Below, one piece after another: positions 9,248 to 19,000 of a DNA stretch of 64,000 bases. The notes beneath the pieces were generated by a model that was not told the DNA's origin, made no database searches, and saw only the letters and a list, made by a program, of their open reading frames with translations. Source of the DNA: Thiotrichales bacterium (GTDB taxonomy: Bacteria > Pseudomonadota > Gammaproteobacteria > Francisellales > CACEW01). The DNA lies in NCBI GenBank assembly GCA_947478525.1, contig CANJVU010000003.1, forward strand, positions 55,562 through 119,561, in the 5' to 3' direction. Made by a program: the position numbers and the translations under genes. The number at the start of each line of letters is the position of its first letter. Within the stretch, counting starts at the first letter, position 1.

Positions 9248-9382
9248 TATAGCACTTAAAACAAAAATTGTCTATAGTTTGTTCGTAAAGACTCTATTTA
9301 ATTCTAATTATTCGATATTTTGATTGATTATTGATAAGTGCGATGATATAGTAATCTCACTCGAAGTAAGAGATCATATGTC

Positions 9383-11107
9383 ATGAGTCAATCATTATTA
9401 ATCATCCGTGCAATGAATAATACTTATGAGTTTGTCGTTTCCCGTTTTGATTATCACGCGGCGCTATCGAGTTTGTATACATTGCAGTTGAGCTGTCGTT
9501 TGGATCAAGTGCCAGATAGCTTAATGCAGGACATTCAGCAGCACCCGCAAGCGTCGTTTTCGTATGGGAGTGCTGATCAAGTCAGGGCGTATAAAATTCA
9601 CGGTGTGATTGTGGCGTCGGAAATGATTTATGATCAAGGGAGAAAATGTTACTTCTTGGCCGTGACTCTTCGCCCTAAAGTCGCGTTATTAGCGGATTCC
9701 TTGGTGGTGCAGATCGCACCGAATAAGAGTGTGCAGGAATTGCTGGGTAACCTATTGGATCAGGCATCCCAGTACATTGGCCCACTGGACTATCAGTTGG
9801 TGATCTCTCATTCAATGCTGACTAACCCGTTGTCAGGGTTGGAGATTCACTATGGACAATCCGATTTTGATTATTTGCAACACCTGTGTCGTTATGGGTT
9901 GTTCTTTTATTTTGTACAAGGGGATAATCAGGAAAAACTCATCATTACTGATCAACTGGAAAGTACGCCGGTGCATCCTGATCCCATTCAGCTGGATTTG
10001 CATCTGCGTAGCAAGCCACAGGTGGATAATCCTGTTTTTAACTGGATGTCACAAGCCTCGCAAGCGCAATCGCATCAAGTAAAGGTGCGGTATTATGATG
10101 CCTTGCATTCGCAACAGGCGTTAAGTCAAATGATGGCCCAGGTTGAGGGTAATGAATATGCGGTGGAAGGATTGATTGTCGATTTGGATGGTCAGGTAAA
10201 GTTGAATCAAGTATTGACGGCCAGCGTTAATGCGCAGCAGTCGGTGCAGGAGTTGCGGGGCAATTATAGCGCACTTAATGTCGGTGAGCGTATTCGTTTT
10301 CAAGATCAGCGCCAGTTGGTTTATTCAGTGGTGTTGCAGGGTAATTTTAGTCAGAGTCGCTGGACCTATGATGCCAGGGTTATGATCATGCCAGAAGGTA
10401 AGGTTTATTATGCCATTGCCCCCTGTTACGCTAAAAAACCATTGCCTGGGAATCTTTGTGCTGCAGTGATGCAGGCGACTGAGCAGGTTAACCCCAATGG
10501 CTATTTTAGAGCGCAAGTGACGCCTGCACTGACAGAGCAAAATGCGGTTAGCCCAGATGTGTTGTTGCGCGACATTCAAGGGACCAGTACACAGGCGGGA
10601 GGTTCGTCGCATAGCAATACCTACGAAGGTGAAATTGTGTTAACTACGCGCAATGGTCAGTCATCAGATATTCTGATTGTGGGTGGTTTAAGTAATGCGA
10701 AATATCCTGCCAATGTCACCACGCAAAATGAACAAGACACTGCTTTGAAAAATCAAGGGGGGTTGGAGGTGAGATTGCGTCGTCAACGCGATAATCAGCC
10801 GCATGCGCATATTCATATGGGTGTGACCGATGACAGTCAGGCGCAAAGCTTTGTGCGGGTTGGTGGTCACAAGGAGCCTGGTGAAGATCCTCAATATGGT
10901 ATGCAGGAAGGTTCCACCGGGTTTGCCAAAAAAGTCACCGGCAAGCATGCGTTGAAGCAAGTTGGCCAGGATATTCAAAATCCGGTGTATCGTTTTCAGC
11001 ATCAGCAAACCGACGAAGGTAAGCATGATATTAAGGAGCAAATCAACACCGACAGCTATTCGCAGCGTTATTACACTACACCATTGTCGGGAGATACTGG
11101 TTCGTGA
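9383..11107 (+). CDS. vgrG: short VgrG-like protein (574 aa) with a degenerate gp5 motif and no long beta-helix
   Basis: VgrG-type N-terminus (YEFVVSRFDYHAALSSLYTLQLSC; HGVIVASEMIYDQGRKCYFLAVTLRPKVALL; YLQHLCRYGLFFYF). The GDPDRP position reads SSDILIVGG. Ends in a charged, Gln-rich tail. Divergent from the large vgrG across a 135-bp AT-rich spacer. Confidence 0.65.
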   Translation: MSQSLLIIRAMNNTYEFVVSRFDYHAALSSLYTLQLSCRLDQVPDSLMQDIQQHPQASFSYGSADQVRAYKIHGVIVASEMIYDQGRKCYFLAVTLRPKVALLADSLVVQIAPNKSVQELLGNLLDQASQYIGPLDYQLVISHSMLTNPLSGLEIHYGQSDFDYLQHLCRYGLFFYFVQGDNQEKLIITDQLESTPVHPDPIQLDLHLRSKPQVDNPVFNWMSQASQAQSHQVKVRYYDALHSQQALSQMMAQVEGNEYAVEGLIVDLDGQVKLNQVLTASVNAQQSVQELRGNYSALNVGERIRFQDQRQLVYSVVLQGNFSQSRWTYDARVMIMPEGKVYYAIAPCYAKKPLPGNLCAAVMQATEQVNPNGYFRAQVTPALTEQNAVSPDVLLRDIQGTSTQAGGSSHSNTYEGEIVLTTRNGQSSDILIVGGLSNAKYPANVTTQNEQDTALKNQGGLEVRLRRQRDNQPHAHIHMGVTDDSQAQSFVRVGGHKEPGEDPQYGMQEGSTGFAKKVTGKHALKQVGQDIQNPVYRFQHQQTDEGKHDIKEQINTDSYSQRYYTTPLSGDTGS

Positions 11108-11120
11108 GTGGATAATGGGA

Positions 11121-11148
11121 TTGACTTTGCCGAAAAACGCTATACACT
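11121..11148 (+). promoter_or_regulatory. candidate sigma70 promoter for the first OMP gene
   Basis: TTGACT (11121-11126), a 16-nt spacer, then TACACT (11143-11148), about 30 nt upstream of ATG 11180. Sequence match only. Confidence 0.3.
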
Positions 11149-11179
11149 GCCGCGTAATGTGTTTAAAAATTGGGTCACT

Positions 11180-11890
11180 ATGCGTAAAATAATTTTTTCT
11201 GCTGTACTGCTTGGCGCAATGGCTTCAAGTGCCTTTGCGGATCAAACCCCAGCGGTTGCGTCGATGGCGCCGCCGGCTGCAGCGGTTGTAACTCCAGCGG
11301 CTGAGCCAATCAGTGAATTGCCAGTGCTGCAGCATCCGCTTTATTTTGGGTTGATTACGGGTTTGGGTGATACGGACTGGGATAAATTGGTGGCAGAGGA
11401 TGGTTCTTCAATTAATGCAACACCCAGTTCAGCTTCTGGTACTGGAGTATTAGTTGGTGGGTTGGTTGGCTATGATTTAACTCAGTACATTGGGTTTGAG
11501 GCTCAGTATATTCGCTATCCTGATTCGAGTGTTAATTTTGCCACAGATGCTCAGGAAAATCCCTTTCTTAATGCTCCGGCTCACATGACTTCTAAGACAG
11601 ATTATGCCGCCATGATTGCTAAGGCATCAGTTCCTTTTGATGACAATCAATTCTCTGGTTTTGGTGAAATTGGTTATGCTTTAGAAATGCGTGACGATGT
11701 GATGTCTGGGAATATTCATGATTTTCGCCCCACCTTTGGTTTTGGAATGAGTTATTTGCGATTAGAGCATTGGACCTTGACGCTTGCATTTAACTATACG
11801 CCTGGTGTTGGAACTGCTACTGTTGATACTGCGAATAATTATATTCCTTATGTATATTCAGGCCAGTTTATTGTTGCTTACCGTATTTAA
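11180..11890 (+). CDS. outer-membrane beta-barrel protein (OMP_b-brl/OmpA-like barrel family), paralog 1
   Basis: Signal peptide MRKIIFSAVLLGAMASSAFA-DQ. Alternating hydrophobic beta-strand pattern with Gly/aromatic-rich strands (VGGLVGYDL, FEAQYIRYP, FGFGMSYL). I moved the start to ATG 11180 from the ORF-track 11108. Confidence 0.7.
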   Translation: MRKIIFSAVLLGAMASSAFADQTPAVASMAPPAAAVVTPAAEPISELPVLQHPLYFGLITGLGDTDWDKLVAEDGSSINATPSSASGTGVLVGGLVGYDLTQYIGFEAQYIRYPDSSVNFATDAQENPFLNAPAHMTSKTDYAAMIAKASVPFDDNQFSGFGEIGYALEMRDDVMSGNIHDFRPTFGFGMSYLRLEHWTLTLAFNYTPGVGTATVDTANNYIPYVYSGQFIVAYRI

Positions 11891-11899
11891 GGATTCTTT

Positions 11900-12583
11900 A
11901 TGAAAAAGTTTGTCTGTCCGTTGCTGTTGATTGCGGGTATATTTTTTTCTGCCATGAGCTTCGCGGATCAAGGTCAATCATTACCATTGAAGCAACAATT
12001 TTTGTACGCGGGCTTGATAGGTGGTTATGGCAACGATGATTGGAGTAGTATGGTTGTATCGTACAATAACGTAGCCGATATCGCCACCTATAACTCTAAT
12101 CCTGCCGGTGTCGATGGTAAGGGGGCCTTATTTGGTTTAAATGCAGGTTATCAGTTTAATGCGCATGTTGCCGTTGAGGCGGAATATGTGAAAATGCCTA
12201 CTGCGAATGTTTCAATGAAGTATTTTGGCTCTGCTTCTCTTGAGCGGAATATTAGTTCTCAGCTTAGCTATGCTGCAATAACATTAAAATTGATGGCGCC
12301 GATTTTCAATAGTAATTTTACCTTCTTTGCTGAAGCGGGTCCTGCTTATGAATGGCGGAAGGATTCTGCTTCATGGGATTTGTTAGATGAATATCCAGCG
12401 GTAAGCGTAGGTACCTGGGCGCCATTATTTGGCGGTGGTTTTATGTATCGAATGGATCAGCATTGGCAGAGTGAGCTCGCTTTCCAATATTTGCCTGGTA
12501 CTGGGAAATCAGTGGGAGACCCAATGAATTATTACATACCTGAAATCTATGCTGGTCAGTTTAAGTTGGATTACATTTTCTAG
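11900..12583 (+). CDS. outer-membrane beta-barrel protein, paralog 2
   Basis: Signal peptide MKKFVCPLLLIAGIFFSAMSFA-DQ and a C-terminal ...LDYIF with terminal Phe typical of OMPs. Collinear motifs with paralog 1 (LYAGLIGGYGNDDW / LYFGLITGLGDTDW; NYYIPEIYAGQF / NYIPYVYSGQF). Confidence 0.75.
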   Translation: MKKFVCPLLLIAGIFFSAMSFADQGQSLPLKQQFLYAGLIGGYGNDDWSSMVVSYNNVADIATYNSNPAGVDGKGALFGLNAGYQFNAHVAVEAEYVKMPTANVSMKYFGSASLERNISSQLSYAAITLKLMAPIFNSNFTFFAEAGPAYEWRKDSASWDLLDEYPAVSVGTWAPLFGGGFMYRMDQHWQSELAFQYLPGTGKSVGDPMNYYIPEIYAGQFKLDYIF

Positions 12584-12611
12584 CCCCTTGCAACGCGACT
12601 GCATTTTTTGC

Positions 12612-12640
12612 TTGAGCGTGGATAAGTTATGTGTTAAATT
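12612..12640 (+). promoter_or_regulatory. candidate sigma70 promoter upstream of secE
   Basis: TTGAGC (12612-12617), a 17-nt spacer, then TAAATT (12635-12640), 39 nt upstream of the secE ATG. Sequence match only. Confidence 0.3.
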
Positions 12641-12678
12641 GTTGCGCCGTTTCAACCGTTTTTAGAGTGAGTAAATCC

Positions 12679-13047
12679 ATGGCGACCATTGATCAAACCC
12701 CTTCAAGCAGCTTCAACAAGTTGAAGTGGATCTTTGTTGCGTTGATTGTGATTGGCTCGGTGGTGGGTAATATTTATTTTGGCAGTGATTCGTTGTCGAT
12801 TCGCGCGGCAGTGTTAATTATCGTTGCGATTGTTGGATTATTGATTGCCAAGAGTACTGCGCAAGGTGCTTTGGCGTGGACGTTTTTGAAAGATGCGCGT
12901 ACCGAGCTGCGTAAAGTGGTGTGGCCTACGCGTCAGGAAACCATTCAAACCACCGCATTGGTGATTGGAGTGGTGATTATTTTGAGTCTGATCTTATGGG
13001 GCGTAGACAGTTTGTTTGCGTTGTTGATCAGCGGAATTATTGGATAA
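12679..13047 (+). CDS. secE: preprotein translocase subunit SecE
   Basis: 122 aa from ATG 12679, with a multi-TM profile and the conserved C-terminal segment ELRKVVWPTRQETIQTTALVIGVV. Sits directly upstream of nusG. The ORF-track start 12631 is probably too far upstream. Confidence 0.85.
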   Translation: MATIDQTPSSSFNKLKWIFVALIVIGSVVGNIYFGSDSLSIRAAVLIIVAIVGLLIAKSTAQGALAWTFLKDARTELRKVVWPTRQETIQTTALVIGVVIILSLILWGVDSLFALLISGIIG

Positions 13048-13063
13048 GCAGTAGGATAGCAAG

Positions 13064-13603
13064 ATGGCAAAGCGTTGGTATGTGGTTCAAGTCTATTCTC
13101 AGTTTGAAAATCGTGTCAAACAAGCGTTGGAAGAGCGCATTAAATTGGCAGGTTTGGAAAAAGAGTTTGGCGAAATTTTGATTCCTACCGAAGAAGTGGT
13201 AGAGATGCGTGATGGGCAAAAACGCAGAAGTGAGCGTAAGTTTTTTCCTGGCTATGTATTGGTTCATATGGAAATGGCAGAAGCTGCCTGGCAGCTGGTA
13301 CGTCACGTACCTCGCGTGCTTGGCTTTATTGGTGGTAACAGCGATAAGCCTACGCCAATTTCCGACAAAGAAGTTGATAAGATTATGGCGCGCGTGCAAG
13401 AAGGCGTTGATAAACCAAGGCCCAAAACTTTATTTGAAGTGGGTGAGGTGGTGCGTGTCACTGATGGTCCGTTCGCAGATTTCACAGGAGTGATCGAAGA
13501 GGTCAACTATGAAAAGAGCCGTTTGATTGTATCGGTAATGATTTTTAGCCGTTCTACTCCAGTGGAATTGGCGTTTAATCAAATCGAGAAGTCGCGGGAA
13601 TAG
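13064..13603 (+). CDS. nusG: transcription termination/antitermination factor NusG
   Basis: [15 protein letters not shown]-terminal NGN domain and KOW motif [21 protein letters not shown]. Confidence 0.95.
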   Translation: MAKRWYVVQVYSQFENRVKQALEERIKLAGLEKEFGEILIPTEEVVEMRDGQKRRSERKFFPGYVLVHMEMAEAAWQLVRHVPRVLGFIGGNSDKPTPISDKEVDKIMARVQEGVDKPRPKTLFEVGEVVRVTDGPFADFTGVIEEVNYEKSRLIVSVMIFSRSTPVELAFNQIEKSRE

Positions 13604-13659
13604 TGTAGTAACAGGGGAGCCGTGCTAACGCTGGCGATAATACCCAAAAGGAGAGTAAC

Positions 13660-14097
13660 ATGGCAAAGAAAGTCACTGCGTATATTAAATTGCAAGTGAA
13701 GGCGGGGCAAGCTAACCCCAGTCCACCGATTGGTCCAGCATTGGGTCAGCATGGTGTTAATATTATGGAATTCTGTAAAGCGTTCAACGCCCAAACTCAA
13801 GGGTTTGAACCGGGTTCACCAACGCCTGTGGTTATCACGGTGTATGCGGACCGTAGCTTTACTTTCGTGATGAAAACCCCTCCTGCATCGTTCTTATTGC
13901 TGAAAGCAGCAAAAATTAAGAGCGGCAGCAAGGTGCCTAACAAAGACAAAGTAGGCAAAGTCACCCGTCAGCAATTGGAAGACATTGCTAAAATGAAAAT
14001 GGCGGATTTGACTGCTGCTGACATGAATGCAGCGGTTAGAACCATTGCGGGCACCGCTCGTAGTATGGGCATTGAAGTTCCTGCGGAGGTGAAATAA
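13660..14097 (+). CDS. rplK: 50S ribosomal protein L11
   Basis: [34 protein letters not shown]. Confidence 0.97.
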   Translation: MAKKVTAYIKLQVKAGQANPSPPIGPALGQHGVNIMEFCKAFNAQTQGFEPGSPTPVVITVYADRSFTFVMKTPPASFLLLKAAKIKSGSKVPNKDKVGKVTRQQLEDIAKMKMADLTAADMNAAVRTIAGTARSMGIEVPAEVK

Positions 14098-14789
14098 TGG
14101 CTAAGTTAACCAAACGTGGCAAAATGATTGCTGCAAAAGTACAAAAGAAAGTTTATCCAGTCTTGGAAGCATTTGAGTTATTAACCTCGTTGCCAAAAGC
14201 GAAGTTCCGCGAAACCGTAGAAGTGTGTGTTAACCTCGGTGTTGACTCACGTAAATCTGACCAAGTGGTGCGTGGCGCAGTGGTATTGCCCCATGGTACC
14301 GGCAAAGTGGTTCGCGTTGCAGTGTTTGCACAAGGTGCGAATGCTGAGGCGGCTAAACTGGCGGGAGCTGATATTGTTGGTATGGATGATTTGGCAGCAG
14401 AAGTTAAAAAAGGCAACATGGATTTTGACGTGGTTATTGCTAGCCCAGACGCGATGCGTGTGGTTGGTCAATTAGGCCAGGTGCTTGGTCCTCGTGGCTT
14501 GATGCCTAACCCAAAAGTGGGTACCGTTACGCCTGACGTCGCTACTGCGGTGAAAAATGCCAAGTCTGGTCAAGTGCGTTATCGCAATGACAAAGCCGGT
14601 ATCATTCACTGTGGTATTGGTAAAGTGGATTTCAAACCAGAACAATTAAAAGATAATTTGGAAGTGTTGTTGGCGGATCTGAGAAGAACCAAGCCTTCTT
14701 CCGCAAAAGGTATTTATCTGAAAAAGATCACTGTATCGAGCACGATGGGCCCTGGTATCGTAGTAGACGCTGGTTCATTTAGTGTGTAG
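14097..14789 (+). CDS. rplA: 50S ribosomal protein L1
   Basis: Full-length L1 signature ([13 protein letters not shown]..., [15 protein letters not shown]). The start overlaps the rplK stop (TAATG). Confidence 0.97.
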   Translation: MAKLTKRGKMIAAKVQKKVYPVLEAFELLTSLPKAKFRETVEVCVNLGVDSRKSDQVVRGAVVLPHGTGKVVRVAVFAQGANAEAAKLAGADIVGMDDLAAEVKKGNMDFDVVIASPDAMRVVGQLGQVLGPRGLMPNPKVGTVTPDVATAVKNAKSGQVRYRNDKAGIIHCGIGKVDFKPEQLKDNLEVLLADLRRTKPSSAKGIYLKKITVSSTMGPGIVVDAGSFSV

Positions 14790-15000
14790 AATAATGATTC
14801 TTTTAGATAATTAAAGAATCTTTGGGTCATCGAAATGTCGCCTCTTGGGATTTCGATGATCGTCAAAGACCGTAGGAGTGAGTAATCACTTAAACCAGTA
14901 GGTAATATGGCATCCTACGTAGACGGTGTGAGCCCAGTCAGTTTTACTGACGATGCCATATCGATGTGTAAACAAGCAGATAACCAACGAGGAATATCGC
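14790..15000 (+). promoter_or_regulatory. rplJ leader region (candidate L10/L12 autoregulatory leader)
   Basis: A 211-nt untranslated spacer with several nested hairpins: gattcttt/aaagaatc, atcgaaat/atttcgat, cgtagga/tcctacg, ggcatc/gatgcc. It sits where the L10 leader lies in other Gammaproteobacteria. I could not run a covariance model. Confidence 0.5.
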
Positions 15001-15531
15001 ATGGTGTTAAAGTTAGAAGACAAGAAAGCGATAGTGGCAGAAGTAGCGAAAGTTGCTTCTACTGCGTTGTCTGCGGTTGCTGCGGATTATCGTGGAATTA
15101 CCGTAGGGGATATGAACAAACTGCGTGACAAAGCTCGTAAGGGTGGCGTTTATTTGCGTGTGGTTCGTAACACCTTGGCGCGCCGCGCAGTGGAAGGTAC
15201 AGAGTTTGAGTGCTTAAAGGACAAATTAACCGGTTCTTTGATTTTGGGCTTCTCGGAAACTGAACCCGGTGCTGCCGCTCGTTTATTCCGTGATTTTTCG
15301 AAAGGGAACGAAAAAATCAAGGTTCAGTTGTTGGCCATTGGTGGTAAGGCCTTCGGCGCAGATCAATTAAATGCTATTGCTACCTTGCCAACGCGCAATG
15401 AAGCAATTGCTATTGTGATGGGCGTAATGAAACAACCGATCGAGAAGTTCGTTCGTACTTTGGCAGAACCTCAGACGCAGTTTGTACGAGTCGTCGCTGC
15501 TATTCGTGATCAAAAACAAGCGCAAGCTTAA
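15001..15531 (+). CDS. rplJ: 50S ribosomal protein L10
   Basis: MVLKLEDKKAIVAEVAKVAS... matches the typical L10 N-terminus. I moved the start to ATG 15001 from the ORF-track 14953. Confidence 0.93.
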   Translation: MVLKLEDKKAIVAEVAKVASTALSAVAADYRGITVGDMNKLRDKARKGGVYLRVVRNTLARRAVEGTEFECLKDKLTGSLILGFSETEPGAAARLFRDFSKGNEKIKVQLLAIGGKAFGADQLNAIATLPTRNEAIAIVMGVMKQPIEKFVRTLAEPQTQFVRVVAAIRDQKQAQA

Positions 15532-15565
15532 TATAAAGTAAAACTGACAATCAGGAGTCAATCGT

Positions 15566-15937
15566 ATGTCAATTAAGAAAGAAGATATCTTACAAGCCAT
15601 TGCTGACATGAGTGTAATGGATGTATGTGATTTAGTGAAAATGATGGAAGAGAAGTTTGGTGTTTCTGCTGCTGCTGCTGTTGCTGTTGCCGCTCCTGCT
15701 GCCGCTGCTGCGGTCGTAGAAGAAAAAACTTCTTTTGACGTTGTGTTAGAAGCTATTGGCGAAAACAAAGTGAACGTGATTAAAGCCGTTCGCGCTGTAA
15801 CTGGCCTGGGCTTGAAAGAAGCGAAAGATGCAGTTGAAGGCGCTCCGGTTACCGTCAAAGAAGGCGTTAACAAGGCTGATGCTGAAACCATCAAAAAGCA
15901 GCTTGAAGAAGCTGGCGCTAAGGTTAAAATTAAATAA
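15566..15937 (+). CDS. rplL: 50S ribosomal protein L7/L12
   Basis: Ala-rich hinge [15 protein letters not shown] and C-terminal [15 protein letters not shown]...[11 protein letters not shown]. Confidence 0.97.
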   Translation: MSIKKEDILQAIADMSVMDVCDLVKMMEEKFGVSAAAAVAVAAPAAAAAVVEEKTSFDVVLEAIGENKVNVIKAVRAVTGLGLKEAKDAVEGAPVTVKEGVNKADAETIKKQLEEAGAKVKIK

Positions 15938-15958
15938 CCAGCGTTATTTAGAACTGTT

Positions 15959-15992
15959 AAAAAGGCTGGCGGCAAATGTCGTTGGCCTTTTT
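15959..15992 (+). terminator. candidate attenuator/partial terminator between rplL and rpoB
   Basis: Hairpin GGCUGGCGG-loop-UGUCGUUGGCC (with G-U pairs), flanked by an A-run upstream and TTTTT downstream. An rplL-rpoB attenuator is known at this position in E. coli. Confidence 0.45.
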
Positions 15993-16052
15993 CCGCTACA
16001 ACAGCGGAGTGTCTGCACAATGTGTTTATCGATGGTCACAGGGGAATGTTAA

Positions 16053-19000
16053 ATGTCTTACTCTTATGCTGAGAAGAAACGAATCCGCAAAACATTTGGG
16101 CAATTGAAGGATGTGATTGCGATCCCATATCTTCTAGAAATTCAAAAGCAATCTTATTATGATTTTTTACAGGAAACGATCGATCCAGAGTCTCGTAAAA
16201 ACAAAGGCCTGCAGGCGGCGTTTACCTCTATTTTCCCGATTAAAAGTTTATCTGGTAATGCAGAACTGCAATATGTCAGCTACCGTTTGGGTAAACCAAT
16301 TTTCGATGTGAGCGAGTGCCGCACGCGCGGTGTTACTTATGCTTCACCCTTGCGTGTTAAAATGCGCTTAGTGGTTTATGAAAAAGAATCTACGGGCACG
16401 CAACCGGTGGTGAAAGACATCAAAGAACAAGATGTCTACATGGGTGAAATTCCGTTAATGACCGACAATGCTACTTTTGTGGTCAATGGTACTGAGCGGG
16501 TGATTGTATCGCAGTTACATCGTTCACCGGGTGTGTTCTTTGAGCATGATCGCGGCAAAACCCATTCTTCCGGTAAGTTATTATACGCAGCGCGTATTAT
16601 TCCGTATCGTGGTTCATGGTTAGACTTTGAATTTGATCCAAAAGACTGTATGTATGCGCGTATTGACCGTCGTCGTAAATTGCCTGCCACCATTTTATTG
16701 CGTGCACTGGGTTATTCAACGGCTGAGATTTTAGAATTGTTCTTTGATACCACCACTTTCCATCTTGATAAAGGCAAGTTAGTGGTTGAATTGATTCCTG
16801 AGCGTTTACGTGGTGAGCGTGCTTCCTTCGATATTAAAGATGAGAAGGGCAAAGTTATTGTTGAAAGTGGTCGCCGTATTACCGTGCGCCATATTCAAGC
16901 GATGGAAAAAGCCAAAGTCAGTAACTTGGAAGTGCCTGAAGATTTCGTTATTGGCAAGGCGTTTGCAGAAGACATTACCGAGAAAAAAACCGGTGAAGTG
17001 TTGGTTGCGGCGAATGATTTGGTAACGGCAGAAGCACTGCGTAAATTAGAAAAAGCAGGGGTTAAAACCTTCAAATCTTTGTACACCAATGACTTGAACC
17101 GTGGTCCTTACATGTCTGATACCTTGCGTATTGATTCTGCCCGCACCCAAATGGATGCGTTGGTCGAAATCTACCGCATGATGCGTCCAGGCGAGCCACC
17201 AACCGCAGATGCTGCTCAAACCATGTTCCATAATTTGTTCTTTAATTTAGAGCGTTATGACTTGTCTGATGTTGGTCGTATGAAATTTAATATGCGCGTT
17301 GGTATTAACAAGAAAACCGGTCCAGGCGTATTGTCGAAAGATGATATTGTATTGGTTTTGAAAACCTTGATTAACATTCGTAACGGCCAAGACGAAGTGG
17401 ATGATATCGATCACTTGGGTAACCGTCGTGTGCGTAGCGTGGGTGAAATGACCGAAAACCAATTCCGTGTGGGCTTGGTTCGTGTTGAAAAAGCCGTACG
17501 TGAACGCTTAAGCATGGTGGATCGTGAGCAAATGATGCCGCAGGATCTGGTCAATGCGAAACCGGTGTCGGCTGCGATCAAAGAATTCTTTGGTTCGAGC
17601 CAATTGTCTCAATTTATGGACCAAAACAATCCATTGTCAGAAGTGACGCACAAACGTCGTGTTTCTGCCCTGGGGCCAGGCGGCTTGACGCGTGAACGCG
17701 CCGGTTTTGAAGTGCGTGACGTGCATCCGACTCACTACGGTCGTTTGTGTCCGATTGAAACACCTGAAGGTCCAAACATCGGGTTGATCAACTCATTGGC
17801 ATGCTTTGCGCGTACCAATGAATATGGTTTCCTAGAAGCACCTTATCGTAAAGTCGATGATGGCAAAGTGACCGATCAAATCGATTACCTCTCGGCGATC
17901 GAAGAAGGTAAATATGTGATCGCACAAGCCAGCACCCGATTGAAGAAAGATAAATTAGTGGATGACTTGATTTCTTGCCGTCATAAAGGCGAAATTATTT
18001 TCTCAACCGCCGACAAAGTCGACTACATGGATATTTCCACCAAACAAATGGTTTCTGTGGCTGCGGCCTTGGTACCGTTCTTGGAGCATAACGATGCGAA
18101 CCGTGCGTTGATGGGTGCAAACATGCAACGTCAAGCCGTTCCTACGTTGCGTTCTGAAAAACCATTGGTGGGTACCGGTATTGAGCGTGTGGTAGCGACT
18201 GACTCTGGCGCTGGCGTGGTAGCGCGTCGTAGCGGTACTGTTGAGTCGGTGGATGCCGGTCGTATCGTGATTCGCGTTGATGAAAAAGAAATTGGCGAAG
18301 GCGATGCCTGGGTTGATATTTACAACCTGACCAAGTTCACCCGTTCTAACCATAATACCTGTATGAACCAACGTCCAATCGTTTCACTGGGAGACAGTGT
18401 GGGCAGAGGTGATTTGATCGCTGATGGTTCCTGTATCGACAAAGGCGAGTTGGCATTGGGTCAAAACTTCCTTGTGGCGTTTATGCCTTGGAATGGTTTT
18501 AACTTTGAGGATTCAATCTTGATTTCTGAGCGTGTGGTGGAAGAAGATCGCTTTACCACCATTCATATTGAAGAGCTGACCTGCGTGTCCCGTGACACCA
18601 AGCTCGGGCCTGAAGAAATTACTGCGGATATTCCTAATGTCAGCGAAAGCGCATTGGCGAAACTCGATGAAACCGGTGTGGTATACATCGGTGCGGAAGT
18701 CAATCCGGGCGATATCTTGGTGGCAAAAGTAACGCCAAAAGGTGAAACTCAATTGACGCCAGAAGAGAAATTGTTACGTGCCATCTTTGGTGAAAAAGCA
18801 TCTGACGTTAAAGATTCTTCACTGCGCGTGCCAACTGGTATGAGCGGTACGATCATTGACGTGCAAGTGTTTACGCGTGATGGTGTGGAAAAAGACAGCC
18901 GTGCATTAGACATTGAAAAAACTGGTTTGGATCGTATCAAGAAAGACTTGAATGATGAGTTCCGTATTTTGGAAGACACCATTTTCCAACATCTGAAATC

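Noticed and set aside
9290-9345. AT-rich TTGAT/GATAA repeats in the divergent vgrG spacer that look superficially like a Fur box
   Set aside because: The best alignment to the 19-bp Fur consensus that I could make by eye is about 10/19. That is not better than expected in AT-rich DNA.
11105-11182. The VgrG2 stop (TGA 11105-11107) is in frame with the ORF-track start of the OMP gene (11108), suggesting a readthrough fusion
   Set aside because: The in-frame stretch would place a signal peptide in the middle of a fusion protein. Same-frame adjacency has a 1-in-3 chance. The OMP has its own ATG (11180) and signal peptide.
12631-12678. N-terminal extensions in the ORF track for secE (12631), rplJ (14953), aceE (46824), the tauE-family gene (46971), aroK (2233), galE (42747), rmlD (39792), the rlmC-like gene (43730), the WbaP-like gene (36920), wzy (31519) and the rfbH-like gene (26408)
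   Set aside because: In each case an internal ATG or GTG gives the conserved family N-terminus, has a better SD, and/or removes an overlap with the upstream gene. I used the shorter coordinates.
15661-15715. GCT/GCC-rich simple repeat
   Set aside because: It encodes the normal Ala-rich flexible hinge of L7/L12 and is not a mobile or regulatory repeat.
15367-16020. 217-aa minus-strand ORF antisense to rplJ/rplL
   Set aside because: It is the mirror of the Ala-rich L7/L12 hinge and L10 coding sequence. The ribosomal genes on the plus strand are unambiguous.
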